Positions 6,680 to 15,660 of a DNA stretch of 27,766 nucleotides are shown one piece after another. The position numbers and the translations under genes were made by a program. Origin of the DNA: a virus. Taxonomy: Duplodnaviria; Caudoviricetes. Where the stretch lies: IMG/VR virus record IMGVR_UViG_3300036835_000474, positions 1 through 27,766 of that record; one strand, given 5' to 3'. Numbering within the stretch: position 1 is the first letter of the stretch; each line of letters starts with the position of its first letter. A model generated the notes under the pieces. It saw nothing but the letters and a program-made list of their open reading frames with translations, had not been told where the DNA came from and made no database searches.

Positions 6680-6967
6680 GTGAGCGCGTTCGCGAACGAC
6701 GCCCGTCAGCCGAACCCCCCCCGTCGCGCGCGTTCGACCGCGCAGCGCGGCTATGGCGGCCGACACCAGCGGATCCGGCGCGGCCTCGCCCGATGGGTCG
6801 CGTCCGGGCAGGCAACGTGCGCGCGCTGCGGTCGGGTGATCCGACCCGACGAGGCGTGGGATCTCGGGCACGTCGATCACGACCGCTCGCGCTACGCCGG
6901 ACCCGAGCACGCCTACTGCAACCGCGCGACCGCCAACCGACCGGGCCGGGTGTCGCGCGCGTGGTGA
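6680..6967 (+). CDS. HNH-like endonuclease (packaging-associated)
   Basis: [34 protein letters not shown]; upstream of the terminase genes. Start is uncertain. Confidence 0.82.
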   Translation: MSAFANDARQPNPPRRARSTAQRGYGGRHQRIRRGLARWVASGQATCARCGRVIRPDEAWDLGHVDHDRSRYAGPEHAYCNRATANRPGRVSRAW

Positions 6968-6971
6968 AGCG

Positions 6972-8219
6972 ATGACGCCGACCCTGCCCGTGAGCGCGAT
7001 CGCTCCCGGCCTCGCCGACCTGCAGGTGCCGATCGAGTCGCTGCGGCTCTACTCGCGCAACCCGAGGCGCGGCAACCTGGAGGCGATCAAGGCCTCGCTG
7101 CTCGCCCACGGCCAGTACCGCCCGCTCGTCGCGCGCAAGGGCAGCGGCGAGGTGCTGGCCGGGAACCACACGCTGGCCGCCGCGCGCGAGCTCGGCTGGG
7201 ACTCGATCGCCGCAACCTTCATCGAGGTGGACGACGAGCAGGCGGCGCGGATCGTGCTGGTGGACAACCGCTCGGCCGACCTCGGCAGCTACGACGACGG
7301 CGAACTGGTCGCGTTGCTCGACTCGCTGCCCGGTCTCGACGGCACCGGCTGGGACAGCGACGAGTTTGACCGGCTGCTGATGCGCGTCGATCCCGAGCGC
7401 GGCACCGAGCGCGACACCGAACCGGCCGAGCCGCCCGAGCAGCCGACGACGCGAGCGGGCGACCTCTACCGGCTTGGCGGGCAGCGCCTGCTCTGCGGCG
7501 ACTCGACTAGCGCTGCCGCCGTCCAGCGGCTGATGGCCGGCGAGCAGGCGGCGCTGATGGCGACCGACCCGCCCTACGAGGTCGGCTACAACGCGCAGAA
7601 CCACCCGCCCTCGAAGGCGAACCGAGGCGCAGCCAATCGCAACAAGGCCTGGGCCTATCGCGAATCGGCCGATGGCTCAGACCTCTACCTGCGCTTCCTA
7701 GAGGTCGCGCTCGCCGAAGCGTTGGGCCGCTCGGTCGCGATCTATCAGTGGCACGCGGGCAACCGAGCCGACAACGTGATCCGCGCCTGGGACGCCTGCC
7801 GGGTCGTGACCCACCAGCAGCTGGTGTGGGTCAAGGCGCGGAAGGTGTTGACCTACGCCGACTTCATGCAGCAGCACGAACCGTGTCTCTACGGCTGGCG
7901 CCAGGGCCACCGGCCGAAGCGGCGTCCGCCGGTCGAGACGCCGACCGTCTGGCAGATCGACCAGCAGGGTGAGTACGACGGCGTTCACCCGACGCAGAAG
8001 CCGCTGGCGCTGTTCGCGCGGCCCTACTGCTGGCACCTGCGCGAGGGGCAAATCGGCTACGAGCCGTTCGCCGGGTCGGGGACCGCGCTGATCGCGGCCG
8101 AGAACCTGGGGCGCCGCTGCTTCGCGCTGGAGATCGACCCGGCCTACTGCGACGTGATCGTGGATCGCTGGCAGCGGCACACGGGCGGAAAGGCCGAGGT
8201 CGAGCATGCCGCGCTATAG
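6972..8219 (+). CDS. ParB-N-terminal domain fused to N4/N6 DNA methyltransferase
   Basis: RNPRRG..VLAGNHTL..DNR; LLCGDST; TDPPY; HPTQKP; EPFAGSGT; EIDPAYCDVI. Confidence 0.93.
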   Translation: MTPTLPVSAIAPGLADLQVPIESLRLYSRNPRRGNLEAIKASLLAHGQYRPLVARKGSGEVLAGNHTLAAARELGWDSIAATFIEVDDEQAARIVLVDNRSADLGSYDDGELVALLDSLPGLDGTGWDSDEFDRLLMRVDPERGTERDTEPAEPPEQPTTRAGDLYRLGGQRLLCGDSTSAAAVQRLMAGEQAALMATDPPYEVGYNAQNHPPSKANRGAANRNKAWAYRESADGSDLYLRFLEVALAEALGRSVAIYQWHAGNRADNVIRAWDACRVVTHQQLVWVKARKVLTYADFMQQHEPCLYGWRQGHRPKRRPPVETPTVWQIDQQGEYDGVHPTQKPLALFARPYCWHLREGQIGYEPFAGSGTALIAAENLGRRCFALEIDPAYCDVIVDRWQRHTGGKAEVEHAAL

Positions 8220-8586
8220 CCGCCCGAGCGAGCGCGTCCAGCAGCTGATCGCGATGCTGCGCGCGGGCAACTACCTGGATGTCGCCTGCCGGGCGGCGGG
8301 GGTCGCGGTCGAAGACCTTGCCGACTGGGTCGAACGCTCGGACGAGCTTGCGCGCCAGGTCGCGCAGGCCGTCGCCGAGGGCGAGGCGCGCGCGGTCACG
8401 CAGATCGCGCAGGCCGCGCGCGAGAACTGGCAGGCGGCGGCCTGGCTGCTGGAGCGGCAGTTCCCGGAGCGTTGGGCACGACCGCTGGCGCGGACGACCG
8501 ACGAGGCGGTGCCCGCGCTCGGGAGCGACGGCGTCGATGAGCTTGCCTCGAAGCGCGCGACCCGAAGGGCGCACCTGAGTCCGTGA
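8206..8586 (+). CDS. terS: Terminase small subunit (putative)
   Basis: HTH-like N-terminus, WQAAAWLLER..PERW motif, directly upstream of TerL. Confidence 0.75.
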   Translation: MPRYSRPSERVQQLIAMLRAGNYLDVACRAAGVAVEDLADWVERSDELARQVAQAVAEGEARAVTQIAQAARENWQAAAWLLERQFPERWARPLARTTDEAVPALGSDGVDELASKRATRRAHLSP

Positions 8587-10028
8587 GCGTCGCCGAGGTC
8601 GGGGTGCAGACGCCGCGCATCATGCGCGTGCCGAAGTACCAGTCGAGCGCGGGCGCCGAGGCGGTCGAGCTTGCGGCGATGGCCGGTCTGGCGCTCGACC
8701 CCTGGGAGGCGCTGGTCTTGAAGCACGCCCTCGGCGAGCGGGCCGACGGGCGCTGGGCGGCGACCGAGGTGGGTCTCTGCGTGCCGCGCCAGAACGGAAA
8801 GAACGCGGTGCTGGAAGCGCGCGAGCTCGTCGGCCTGTTCCTGCTCGGCGAACCGCTAATCATCCACTCGGCGCAGCACTTCAAGACGGCCAAGGAGCAC
8901 TTCCTGCGCCTGCTCGGGCTGATCGAGGGGACGTCCGACTTCGCCCGCCGGGTCAAGAAGGTGATCCGCACGCACGGCGAGGAGGGGATCGAACTGACGA
9001 ACGGCCAGCGGATCCTGTTCTTCGCTCGGACGAAGTCCTCGGGCCGAGGCTTCACCGCGCCGCTGGTCGTCTACGACGAGGCGATGTTCCTGGCTGAGGC
9101 CTCGCTCGGCGCGCTGATGCCGACGATGGCGACGATGCCGAATCGGCAGCGCTGGTTCACCGGCTCGGCGGTCGATCAGCTGATCCACCTGGAGGGCGTC
9201 GTGTTCGCCCGCGTGCGCGAGCGCGCGCTGGCGAGGAGCGATCCGCGTCTCGCCTACTTCGAGTGGTCGCTGGAGCACGACACGCCCGATCTGCTCGACG
9301 CCGAGACCGCGCGTGACCCCGGCGCCTGGGCGGTCGCTAACCCCGGCCTCGGGATCAGGGTGATGAGCGAGGCGGTCGAGGACGAGTTCAACACGCTTGA
9401 TCGGCGCACGTTCGCGGTCGAGCGCCTGGGCGTCGGCGACTGGCCGCCGACCGACACGACCACGCCCGCGCTGGTCGCGCCCGAGGCCTGGTGGGCGTTG
9501 GCCGACGAGGCCTCGCAGCTGCTCGACCCGGTCTGCTTCGCCTTCGACGTCGCGCCCGACCGCTCCTCGGCGGCGATCGCCGCCGCCGGCAGGCGACACG
9601 ACGGGCTGCTGCACCTGGAGATCGTCGCGCATGACCGGGGCGCGACCTGGGCGCCGCAGCGGCTCGCGCAGCTGAACGATCGCTGGCACCCGCTTGCCGT
9701 CCTCTGCGACGCGGTCGGCCCGGTCGCCTCGCTGATTCACGCCTGCGAGGAGGCGGGCGTGACGGTTCAGCCGGTCAAGGCATCCGAGCACGCGAAGGCC
9801 TGCGGGATGCTGCTGGACACGATCGAGGACGAAGGCCTGCGCCACCTGGGCAGCGCCGAGCTCGCGGTCGCGCTGGCGGCGGCGACCAAGCGCCCGCTGG
9901 GAGATGCCTTCGCCTGGTCGCGCAAGAACTCGAACGCCGACATTACGCCGCTAGTCGCGGCCACGCTGGCGCTGTGGGGGTCGATCACGCTCGGCTGGGA
10001 TCCCGACGAGGAACTGCGGATCTACTGA
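8583..10028 (+). CDS. terL: Terminase large subunit
   Basis: Walker A VPRQNGKN, Walker B VVYDEA, WAVANPGLG, nuclease FAFDVAPD and DITPL. Confidence 0.95.
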   Translation: MSVAEVGVQTPRIMRVPKYQSSAGAEAVELAAMAGLALDPWEALVLKHALGERADGRWAATEVGLCVPRQNGKNAVLEARELVGLFLLGEPLIIHSAQHFKTAKEHFLRLLGLIEGTSDFARRVKKVIRTHGEEGIELTNGQRILFFARTKSSGRGFTAPLVVYDEAMFLAEASLGALMPTMATMPNRQRWFTGSAVDQLIHLEGVVFARVRERALARSDPRLAYFEWSLEHDTPDLLDAETARDPGAWAVANPGLGIRVMSEAVEDEFNTLDRRTFAVERLGVGDWPPTDTTTPALVAPEAWWALADEASQLLDPVCFAFDVAPDRSSAAIAAAGRRHDGLLHLEIVAHDRGATWAPQRLAQLNDRWHPLAVLCDAVGPVASLIHACEEAGVTVQPVKASEHAKACGMLLDTIEDEGLRHLGSAELAVALAAATKRPLGDAFAWSRKNSNADITPLVAATLALWGSITLGWDPDEELRIY

Positions 10029-10032
10029 GCCG

Positions 10033-10062
10033 TTGCGACCTGACGCCGACCTTCGTTAGCCT
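10033..10062 (+). promoter_or_regulatory. Putative sigma-A promoter of the moron
   Basis: TTGCGA-N18-TAGCCT, followed by a GAGGAGG RBS. Confidence 0.5.
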
Positions 10063-10105
10063 TCCGGCAAACCTGCCCGAGACGCGAACGAGGAGGACGA
10101 TCTAA

Positions 10106-11548
10106 ATGACCGAGGTACAAGGCACCGGCCGGGTGCAGCTACCGGCCTCGAAAGACCTGCGCGCGCTCAGCCGCCGCTTCAAGCAGGGCTTCCGCTGGAA
10201 GCCAACCCGAGGCGGGCACTGGCGCCTGGTCGATCGGCACGGCCGTTACGTCGAACACGACGGGACGAACATCACCGTCGGGGACAATCCCAGCCCCGGC
10301 GCGCTGCGCGCTCTCACCGAGCAGCTAACCGAGGCGCGCGTCTTGAGGGGGACGCGACAGCGCGACGTCAGCGGCGCCGGTCTCAAGCGCCGAGCCGACG
10401 CTTACCGCAAGATGGCCGCCGCTCGCGACGAGCGCCGCCAGGTGGTCGCCACCGACCGGCTCAAGCGGTACGCCGCTGTGCTCAAACCGATGGGCGGGAT
10501 CGAAACGCCAGGGATCGCGACTGAACTCGGCGCCGCCGGGATGGTCGTCGCGCGCGAAGACCTCGGGCGCGAGCTGGGCCTTGACCTGCTGGCGCAGAAC
10601 GCGCGCCGCGTGGTCAACGGCGCCTGGGTCGAGGATCGCTACGGCGAGATTTGGGACGCGGTGCTTGCCCGGCTGGAGCGAGCGCCGGACGCGGTCGGCG
10701 AGTGGTTCACACTGATCCGCGAAGGGCGCGGCCTCCCGGCTGACCACGTCGAGGTGCGACTGCCGAAGGGCGCGCAGGACGACTGGCCCTTTGACGTCAA
10801 GCTGCTACCGCTCGACGCGCTGTTCGCCGACGAGACCTACCAGCGCCCGGTCAACTGGCCGTTCGTGCGCAAGGAGGCGGCGCGCTTCGATGCCTCGCTG
10901 GTCGGGACGATCGACGTCGCCCAGCGCGGGCCAGCCCAGTTCGCGATCCTCGACGGGCAGCAGCGCCAGCAGATCGTGCGGCTCGCGGGGAAGACGACGC
11001 TGTTCGCCTCGATCTACGTCGGCCTCGACCTGCCCAGTGAGGCGCGCTTCTTCCTGCACAAGAACCGCGACCGGCGCAACGTCCACCCCTACTACACCTA
11101 CCAGGCGAAGCTGACTGCGCGCGACCCGGACGCGCTCGGGATCGAGCAGGCCGTCAGCAAGTTCGGCTACAAGATCGCGATCGGTGCTCCTCGCGGCGGC
11201 GAAATGCCGGACAACATCGCCGCGATCGCCGCCGTCGAGATCGCCTACGGTCTCAAGCTGCCCGACGGCAGTGACGCGCTCACGCCCACTCTGGCGACGA
11301 TGCGCGAGGCGACCTACGGGCGCGCGCTCGGCAACAGCGCCGCCCTGATCCGAGGCCTCGCGACCATCTACGCCGAGAACGGGCTGCACGGCAACGTCGA
11401 TCCCGAGCGGATGGCGAAGGCGATCCTGGGCGTCGGCCCGGAACTCCTGGTCGGGCGCGCGCGCGACGTCGTCCGCTCCTCGGGCGGGCAGGTCTACCGG
11501 CGGATGGTCGATGTGCTGCTGGCCGAGTACCGGAAGGCCTCGAAGTGA
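10106..11548 (+). CDS. HicA-like N-terminal domain fused to ParB/Srx-like (DGQxR, DUF6551-like) domain
   Basis: N-terminal GFRWKPTRGGHWRL..G..ITVGDNPS; central DETYQRPVN..VGTIDV..AILDGQQR..EARFF..N. Confidence 0.75.
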   Translation: MTEVQGTGRVQLPASKDLRALSRRFKQGFRWKPTRGGHWRLVDRHGRYVEHDGTNITVGDNPSPGALRALTEQLTEARVLRGTRQRDVSGAGLKRRADAYRKMAAARDERRQVVATDRLKRYAAVLKPMGGIETPGIATELGAAGMVVAREDLGRELGLDLLAQNARRVVNGAWVEDRYGEIWDAVLARLERAPDAVGEWFTLIREGRGLPADHVEVRLPKGAQDDWPFDVKLLPLDALFADETYQRPVNWPFVRKEAARFDASLVGTIDVAQRGPAQFAILDGQQRQQIVRLAGKTTLFASIYVGLDLPSEARFFLHKNRDRRNVHPYYTYQAKLTARDPDALGIEQAVSKFGYKIAIGAPRGGEMPDNIAAIAAVEIAYGLKLPDGSDALTPTLATMREATYGRALGNSAALIRGLATIYAENGLHGNVDPERMAKAILGVGPELLVGRARDVVRSSGGQVYRRMVDVLLAEYRKASK

Positions 11549-11736
11549 TCCGGGTCGAGGTCGTCAACGATGGCACCGGCGACGTCGAGCGCGGCAACTA
11601 CGACGTGAGCGTCACAGTGCCGCGTCGCGGGGAGGCGGTCGTTTACTCGGCGAGGGTCAAGGACTTCGACCGAGGGCGTGGCTGGGCCGAACTCGTGCGC
11701 GAGGCGGTCGCGGCTCTGGAGGAGGTCGGCGTTTGA
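11545..11736 (+). CDS. Small hypothetical protein coupled to the ParB-like gene
   Basis: GTGA overlap; NDGTGDVERGNYDV..GWAELVREA. Confidence 0.72.
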   Translation: MIRVEVVNDGTGDVERGNYDVSVTVPRRGEAVVYSARVKDFDRGRGWAELVREAVAALEEVGV

Positions 11737-11835
11737 ACATCTGGCGCTGGCAGCTGCGCGAGCGCGCCGATCTCGCGATGAGGCCTATAAGATCGCCGAG
11801 TGTCCGCGCGTCCGGGCAGGACTGCGGCGAGCACG

Positions 11836-11873
11836 ACGATGAGGGAGGGCGGCTGCGGTCGCCCTCTCATCGT
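11836..11873 (+). terminator. Long hairpin ending the moron transcript
   Basis: ACGATGAG-GG-AGGGCGGC-TGCG-GTCGCCCT-CTCATCGT, followed by TT. Confidence 0.6.
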
Positions 11874-11907
11874 TTGCACCTGGGCAAACGGGCCGTAGAA
11901 TCTGAAC
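11874..11907 (+). promoter_or_regulatory. Sigma-A-like promoter giving a probable leaderless portal mRNA
   Basis: TTGCAC-N16-TAGAAT-N6-ATG; no Shine-Dalgarno sequence. Confidence 0.65.
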
Positions 11908-13137
11908 ATGCGGCTTCGTCGTCGCCGCGAGCCACTCCCCGCAGCGGATAACGCAGTCCCGCCGACCTTCACGAGCTTCGGCGACTTCCTCGGGCACGCG
12001 CTGCGGAACCGCGCCGACGGCTGGTTCGAGTCGCTGGTCGGTTACCGGGGCGAGCAGGTGGGGACGGTCGATCGCTGTCTGCAGCTGAACTCGCAGCAGA
12101 TCGCCTCGATGCCGCTGCGCTATCGACACTCAGAGGCGACCTCGGCCGACCGGCCGGCCTGGGTCTCAGACCCCGATCCGGCTTGGTACCCGAACGGGAT
12201 CCACGACGCGATCTTCGCGGCGATCTGGTCGATCTACGCCCAGGGCGAGGCCTTCCTGTACGTGACCAGCCGCTACGCCGACGGCTACCCGCTGACCTGG
12301 ACGCTGCTCGACCCGGTGACGATGAAGGTCGAGGACGAGGGCGGAATGCGCTGGTACCAATCGAACGGCCACCCGCTCGACCCCGGCGACGTGATCCAGG
12401 TGATGCGCGATCCGACCGGCGCGCTGCGCGGGCGCTCGTCGCTGGATGCCTACTGGTCGAACGTGAGCTCAGCGGCTGCCGCCGACAGCTACGCGGCCGA
12501 TGTCTACTACTCGACCGGCGTCAACCGGATGGCGCTCAAGTCCTCGCGGCGGCTCGACGCCGAGCAGGCGGCGGCGATCCAGGCGCAATGGGTGGCGGCG
12601 GTCTCGAAGCGGCTTGGCGCGCCCGCGATCATCCCGCCCGACCTGGAACTGCTGCAGGCGTTGACGATCTCGCCGAAGGACATGATGCTGCTGGAGTCGC
12701 GCGACTGGGACGCGCGCCAGATCGCCGCCGCCTTCGGCGTCCCGGCGATCCTGCTCAACATCCCGGTGAGCGGCAGCCTCGTCTACCAGAACCCGGCGAT
12801 GCTGGCCGACCTCTGGTGGCGGGCGGAGTTGATGCCGACGGCGGTCAAGCTGCAGGAGGCGCTGAGCCGCTGGCTGCCGCGCGGGCACTGGGTCGAGTTC
12901 GACCCCTCGGCCTCGATCCGCCCCGACCTGAGCACGCTGGTGACGATCTACTCGAAGGCGCTCGCCGACGGCGCCGTCACCGCCGACGAGTACCGCGCAG
13001 CGGTCTTCGACCTGCCGCCGCTGCGCGAAGGCGACCAGGCGGCCGACTACTACGAGGAGGCCGGGACGCACGGCTCGATCGGCTCGTCGCCGACGGCGCT
13101 CGACGCGGCTCTGCCCGAGGAGGTGTTGACGCCATGA
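11908..13137 (+). CDS. Portal protein (HK97-like)
   Basis: QQIASMPL, GEAFLYV, ISPKDMMLLESR..IAAAFGVPAILL..YQN; position in the head module. Confidence 0.93.
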   Translation: MRLRRRREPLPAADNAVPPTFTSFGDFLGHALRNRADGWFESLVGYRGEQVGTVDRCLQLNSQQIASMPLRYRHSEATSADRPAWVSDPDPAWYPNGIHDAIFAAIWSIYAQGEAFLYVTSRYADGYPLTWTLLDPVTMKVEDEGGMRWYQSNGHPLDPGDVIQVMRDPTGALRGRSSLDAYWSNVSSAAAADSYAADVYYSTGVNRMALKSSRRLDAEQAAAIQAQWVAAVSKRLGAPAIIPPDLELLQALTISPKDMMLLESRDWDARQIAAAFGVPAILLNIPVSGSLVYQNPAMLADLWWRAELMPTAVKLQEALSRWLPRGHWVEFDPSASIRPDLSTLVTIYSKALADGAVTADEYRAAVFDLPPLREGDQAADYYEEAGTHGSIGSSPTALDAALPEEVLTP

Positions 13138-13724
13138 GCGACGACGAGCAGACCCAGGTACTGCGCCGAACCTTCACGGCGCCGCTGGAGTCGCGGGAGG
13201 GGCGGATCCTGGAGGGCTGCTGCGTGCCCTACGGCGAGGCGCAGAAGGTGCGCGACTCGCCGACCGGCCCGTCCTACTACGAGGTGTTCGAGCCGGGCGC
13301 GTTCGCCAAGCAGCTGCGGGCAGCCGACAAGGTCGAGCTTCGCTACGAGCACGGCACCGGCCTGGCCGACTCGGTCGGGATCTGCCGGACGCTCTACGAG
13401 GAGGCCCACGGGCTGTTCGGCACCTTCGCGATCCACGCCGGCGCCTTCGGCGACCAGGCGCTTGAGCTCGTCCGCTCGGGCATCCTGCCCGGCTTCTCGG
13501 TCGAGTTTCAGGATCGCTTCCGCCACTGGCGTCGCAATGCCCAGGGCGCGGTCGTCCGCCAGAAGTGCCTGCTGCTGTCGGTCGGCCTGGTGCGCGTCCC
13601 CGCCTTCCCGACGGCGCTCGTGACCGCGATGCGTTCGCGCGAGGAGATGCTGGGCGATCTTGACCTGCCGGGGCTGGACGACGCGCAGCTGGAGCGCTTG
13701 CGCGGAGTCGGGATCGAGGTCTAA
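13134..13724 (+). CDS. HK97-type prohead protease
   Basis: LEGCCVPYG, YEVFEPGAF, YEH, GFSVEF, VGLVRVPAFPTA; ATGA coupling to the portal gene. Confidence 0.9.
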   Translation: MSDDEQTQVLRRTFTAPLESREGRILEGCCVPYGEAQKVRDSPTGPSYYEVFEPGAFAKQLRAADKVELRYEHGTGLADSVGICRTLYEEAHGLFGTFAIHAGAFGDQALELVRSGILPGFSVEFQDRFRHWRRNAQGAVVRQKCLLLSVGLVRVPAFPTALVTAMRSREEMLGDLDLPGLDDAQLERLRGVGIEV

Positions 13725-13731
13725 GCTTCCA

Positions 13732-13830
13732 GCAGAACGGCACCCCGCAGCGGCACGCGGACACCGGCACCCCGTAGCGCGCAGAACGGCACCCCGGACA
13801 CCGCCACATAGCCCGCACGGCGGCACCCCG
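13732..13830 (+). repeat. Intergenic array of CGGCACCCCG repeats upstream of the capsid gene
   Basis: Perfect copies at 13738, 13765, 13787 and 13821, a variant at 13751, GCAGAACGGCACCCCG twice and GGACACCG twice. Confidence 0.9.
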
Positions 13831-13861
13831 TCGAACTCGATCGACGTGAGGAGTGATCCCC

Positions 13862-15127
13862 GTGGGCAACCCCGTCCTGCAGCGCCTGGTAGACGAACGC
13901 GGCCAGACGCAGGAGAACATCGACCGGATCCTCGACCGGGCAAACGAGGAGGAGCGCGACCCGTCCGAGTCTGAGCGCGAGCTGATCAACGGGCACCGCG
14001 AGCGCCTGCAGCAGCTGGAGCCGATGATCGGCGAACTGCTGGAGGTCGAGGAGACTCGCGGCCAGGCCCGCGACGCGCGCGCCGCCCTGTCTCGCACCCG
14101 TCGGGGCGAGACGACCGAGGGCGACGGCAACGGCGACGGCGACGGCGACGGCAACGGCGGCGAGGAGCCGCCCGACGGCGAGTACCAGACGTTTGCCCGC
14201 TACGCGCGCGACGTCATCCTGACCCGCTTCAACCACATCGGCGCGAGCGTCCCGGCGCACCAGCGACATCAGGCGCAGGAGCGCCTGCAGCGCGCCGTTC
14301 AGCAGGTGCTGACGGCGGACGTCGGCCCGCTGATCCAGCCGCAGTACATCAACCAGATCATGCAGGTGATCGACAACTCGCGGCCTCTGGTCGATGCCTC
14401 GAACCGCGTCACCCTCTCCTCGGGCAAGCTGGAGTGGCCGCACATCGTGGAGCGGCCGACGGTCGGCGAGCAGGCGACCGAGAAGACCGAGGCGGGCGAC
14501 GGCACGCTGACGGTGGACGTCCTGAACACGGTCGCGAAGACCTACCTGGTCGCGGCCAACTTCTCCTGGCAGACGGTGCAGTGGTCGAACCCGGACGCGA
14601 TGCGGCTCTGGTTCGACCTGGCCGCCGCCGACTACGCGAAGAAGACCGACGCCGCTGCGGGCGCGGTGCTGGCCGCCGCCGACACGACGCCGGTCGCCGT
14701 CGCCACGCCAGACCTCGAAGGCTGGATGGCCGCGATCGCGGCAGCCTCGGGCGAGGTCTACGCGAACACCGGGCGCTTCCCGAACGCGATCGCCGCCAAC
14801 CCGGCGGATGCCTTCGGGCTGCTGGGGTTCGTCTCGGCGGTCGCTCCCGTGTTCCTGACGACCGGCGTGGGCAACCTCTCGACCGGCACCTTCCCGCCGC
14901 TCGGCGGGCTGCGCTTCATCGCCAGCAACGGCCTGCCGGCCGGGACGGCGATCGTCGGCGACTTCTCGGCCCTGCTCTGCGCCGAGACGGCCGGATCCCC
15001 GGTCGAGCTTCGCGCGGTCGAGCCGTCCATCGGCGGAATCGAGGTCGGCATCATCGGCGCCTTCGCCTGCGCGATCACCGATCCCGGCGCCTTCGCCGAG
15101 ATCACTGCCCCGGCGGCTGGGCCGTGA
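13862..15127 (+). CDS. Major capsid protein (HK97 fold with N-terminal delta/scaffold domain)
   Basis: Coiled-coil N-terminus, Gly-Asp linker, RPLVDA, EKTEAG, GTAIVGDFS; GAGGAG RBS fits GTG 13862. Confidence 0.92.
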   Translation: MGNPVLQRLVDERGQTQENIDRILDRANEEERDPSESERELINGHRERLQQLEPMIGELLEVEETRGQARDARAALSRTRRGETTEGDGNGDGDGDGNGGEEPPDGEYQTFARYARDVILTRFNHIGASVPAHQRHQAQERLQRAVQQVLTADVGPLIQPQYINQIMQVIDNSRPLVDASNRVTLSSGKLEWPHIVERPTVGEQATEKTEAGDGTLTVDVLNTVAKTYLVAANFSWQTVQWSNPDAMRLWFDLAAADYAKKTDAAAGAVLAAADTTPVAVATPDLEGWMAAIAAASGEVYANTGRFPNAIAANPADAFGLLGFVSAVAPVFLTTGVGNLSTGTFPPLGGLRFIASNGLPAGTAIVGDFSALLCAETAGSPVELRAVEPSIGGIEVGIIGAFACAITDPGAFAEITAPAAGP

Positions 15128-15333
15128 CCAGATACCGCGAGCGACGCGAGGCGGGCGAGTTCGAGCCTCCAGCGGTAGTCGCAGAGGAGGGCGGTCCCCC
15201 CGGCGCGCCCTCCTCCTACGACTCGATGACGAAGGCCGAACTGCTGGCCGAGGCGCAGAGCCGAGGGATCAGCCCTGCGAACAACGACATGACCAAGGAC
15301 GAGCTTCGAGCGGCGCTGGAGGGCGCCGAGTAG
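15124..15333 (+). CDS. Small Rho-N/HeH-like domain protein
   Basis: YDSMTKAELLAEAQSRGI..MTKDELRAAL. Confidence 0.75.
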   Translation: MTRYRERREAGEFEPPAVVAEEGGPPGAPSSYDSMTKAELLAEAQSRGISPANNDMTKDELRAALEGAE

Positions 15334-15660
15334 GTGAGCGCCTACGCGACCGTTGAAGAACTCGCGGCGGCGCTGCGCGTGCGCGTCACCGACGAGAACA
15401 CGGCAGGCCTGCAGGCCTGCCTCGACGCGGCGGCCGAGGAGATCGACCACGACGTGGATCGACTGGAACCGATCCCGCTGGGCGACCCGCTCGCCAACCG
15501 GGTCAACCTGGTGCGGGCGGTCGAGTGGTACAAGGCGAACGATGCCGCGTTCGGCGTGATCGGCTTCGACCAGACCGGAGCGCTGCAGGCGCCGCGCGAC
15601 GGCTTCAACCGGCACGCCTACACGCTGACGCCGCTCAAGCAACAGTGGGGACTGGCGTGA
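15334..15660 (+). CDS. Head-tail connector protein
   Basis: AYATVEELAAAL..LDAAAEEID; position. Confidence 0.8.
   Translation: MSAYATVEELAAALRVRVTDENTAGLQACLDAAAEEIDHDVDRLEPIPLGDPLANRVNLVRAVEWYKANDAAFGVIGFDQTGALQAPRDGFNRHAYTLTPLKQQWGLA

Noticed and set aside
11733-11951. TTG-start ORF after the moron's small gene
   Set aside because: It has an RBS-like sequence but runs through the hairpin and promoter into the portal gene with non-gene-like composition; unsupported.
12183-13133. Open frame overlapping the portal and continuous with the protease, suggesting a portal-protease fusion
   Set aside because: Arg/Gly-rich shadow typical of high GC; no slippery site seen; the protease has its own RBS and ATGA coupling.
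13732-13830. CRISPR mini-array interpretation of the repeats
   Set aside because: Repeats are only 10-16 nt, spacing is irregular and there are no cas genes.
14120-14162. GGCGAC/GGCAAC hexamer repeat
   Set aside because: In-frame Gly-Asp/Asn linker of the capsid delta domain; ordinary low complexity.
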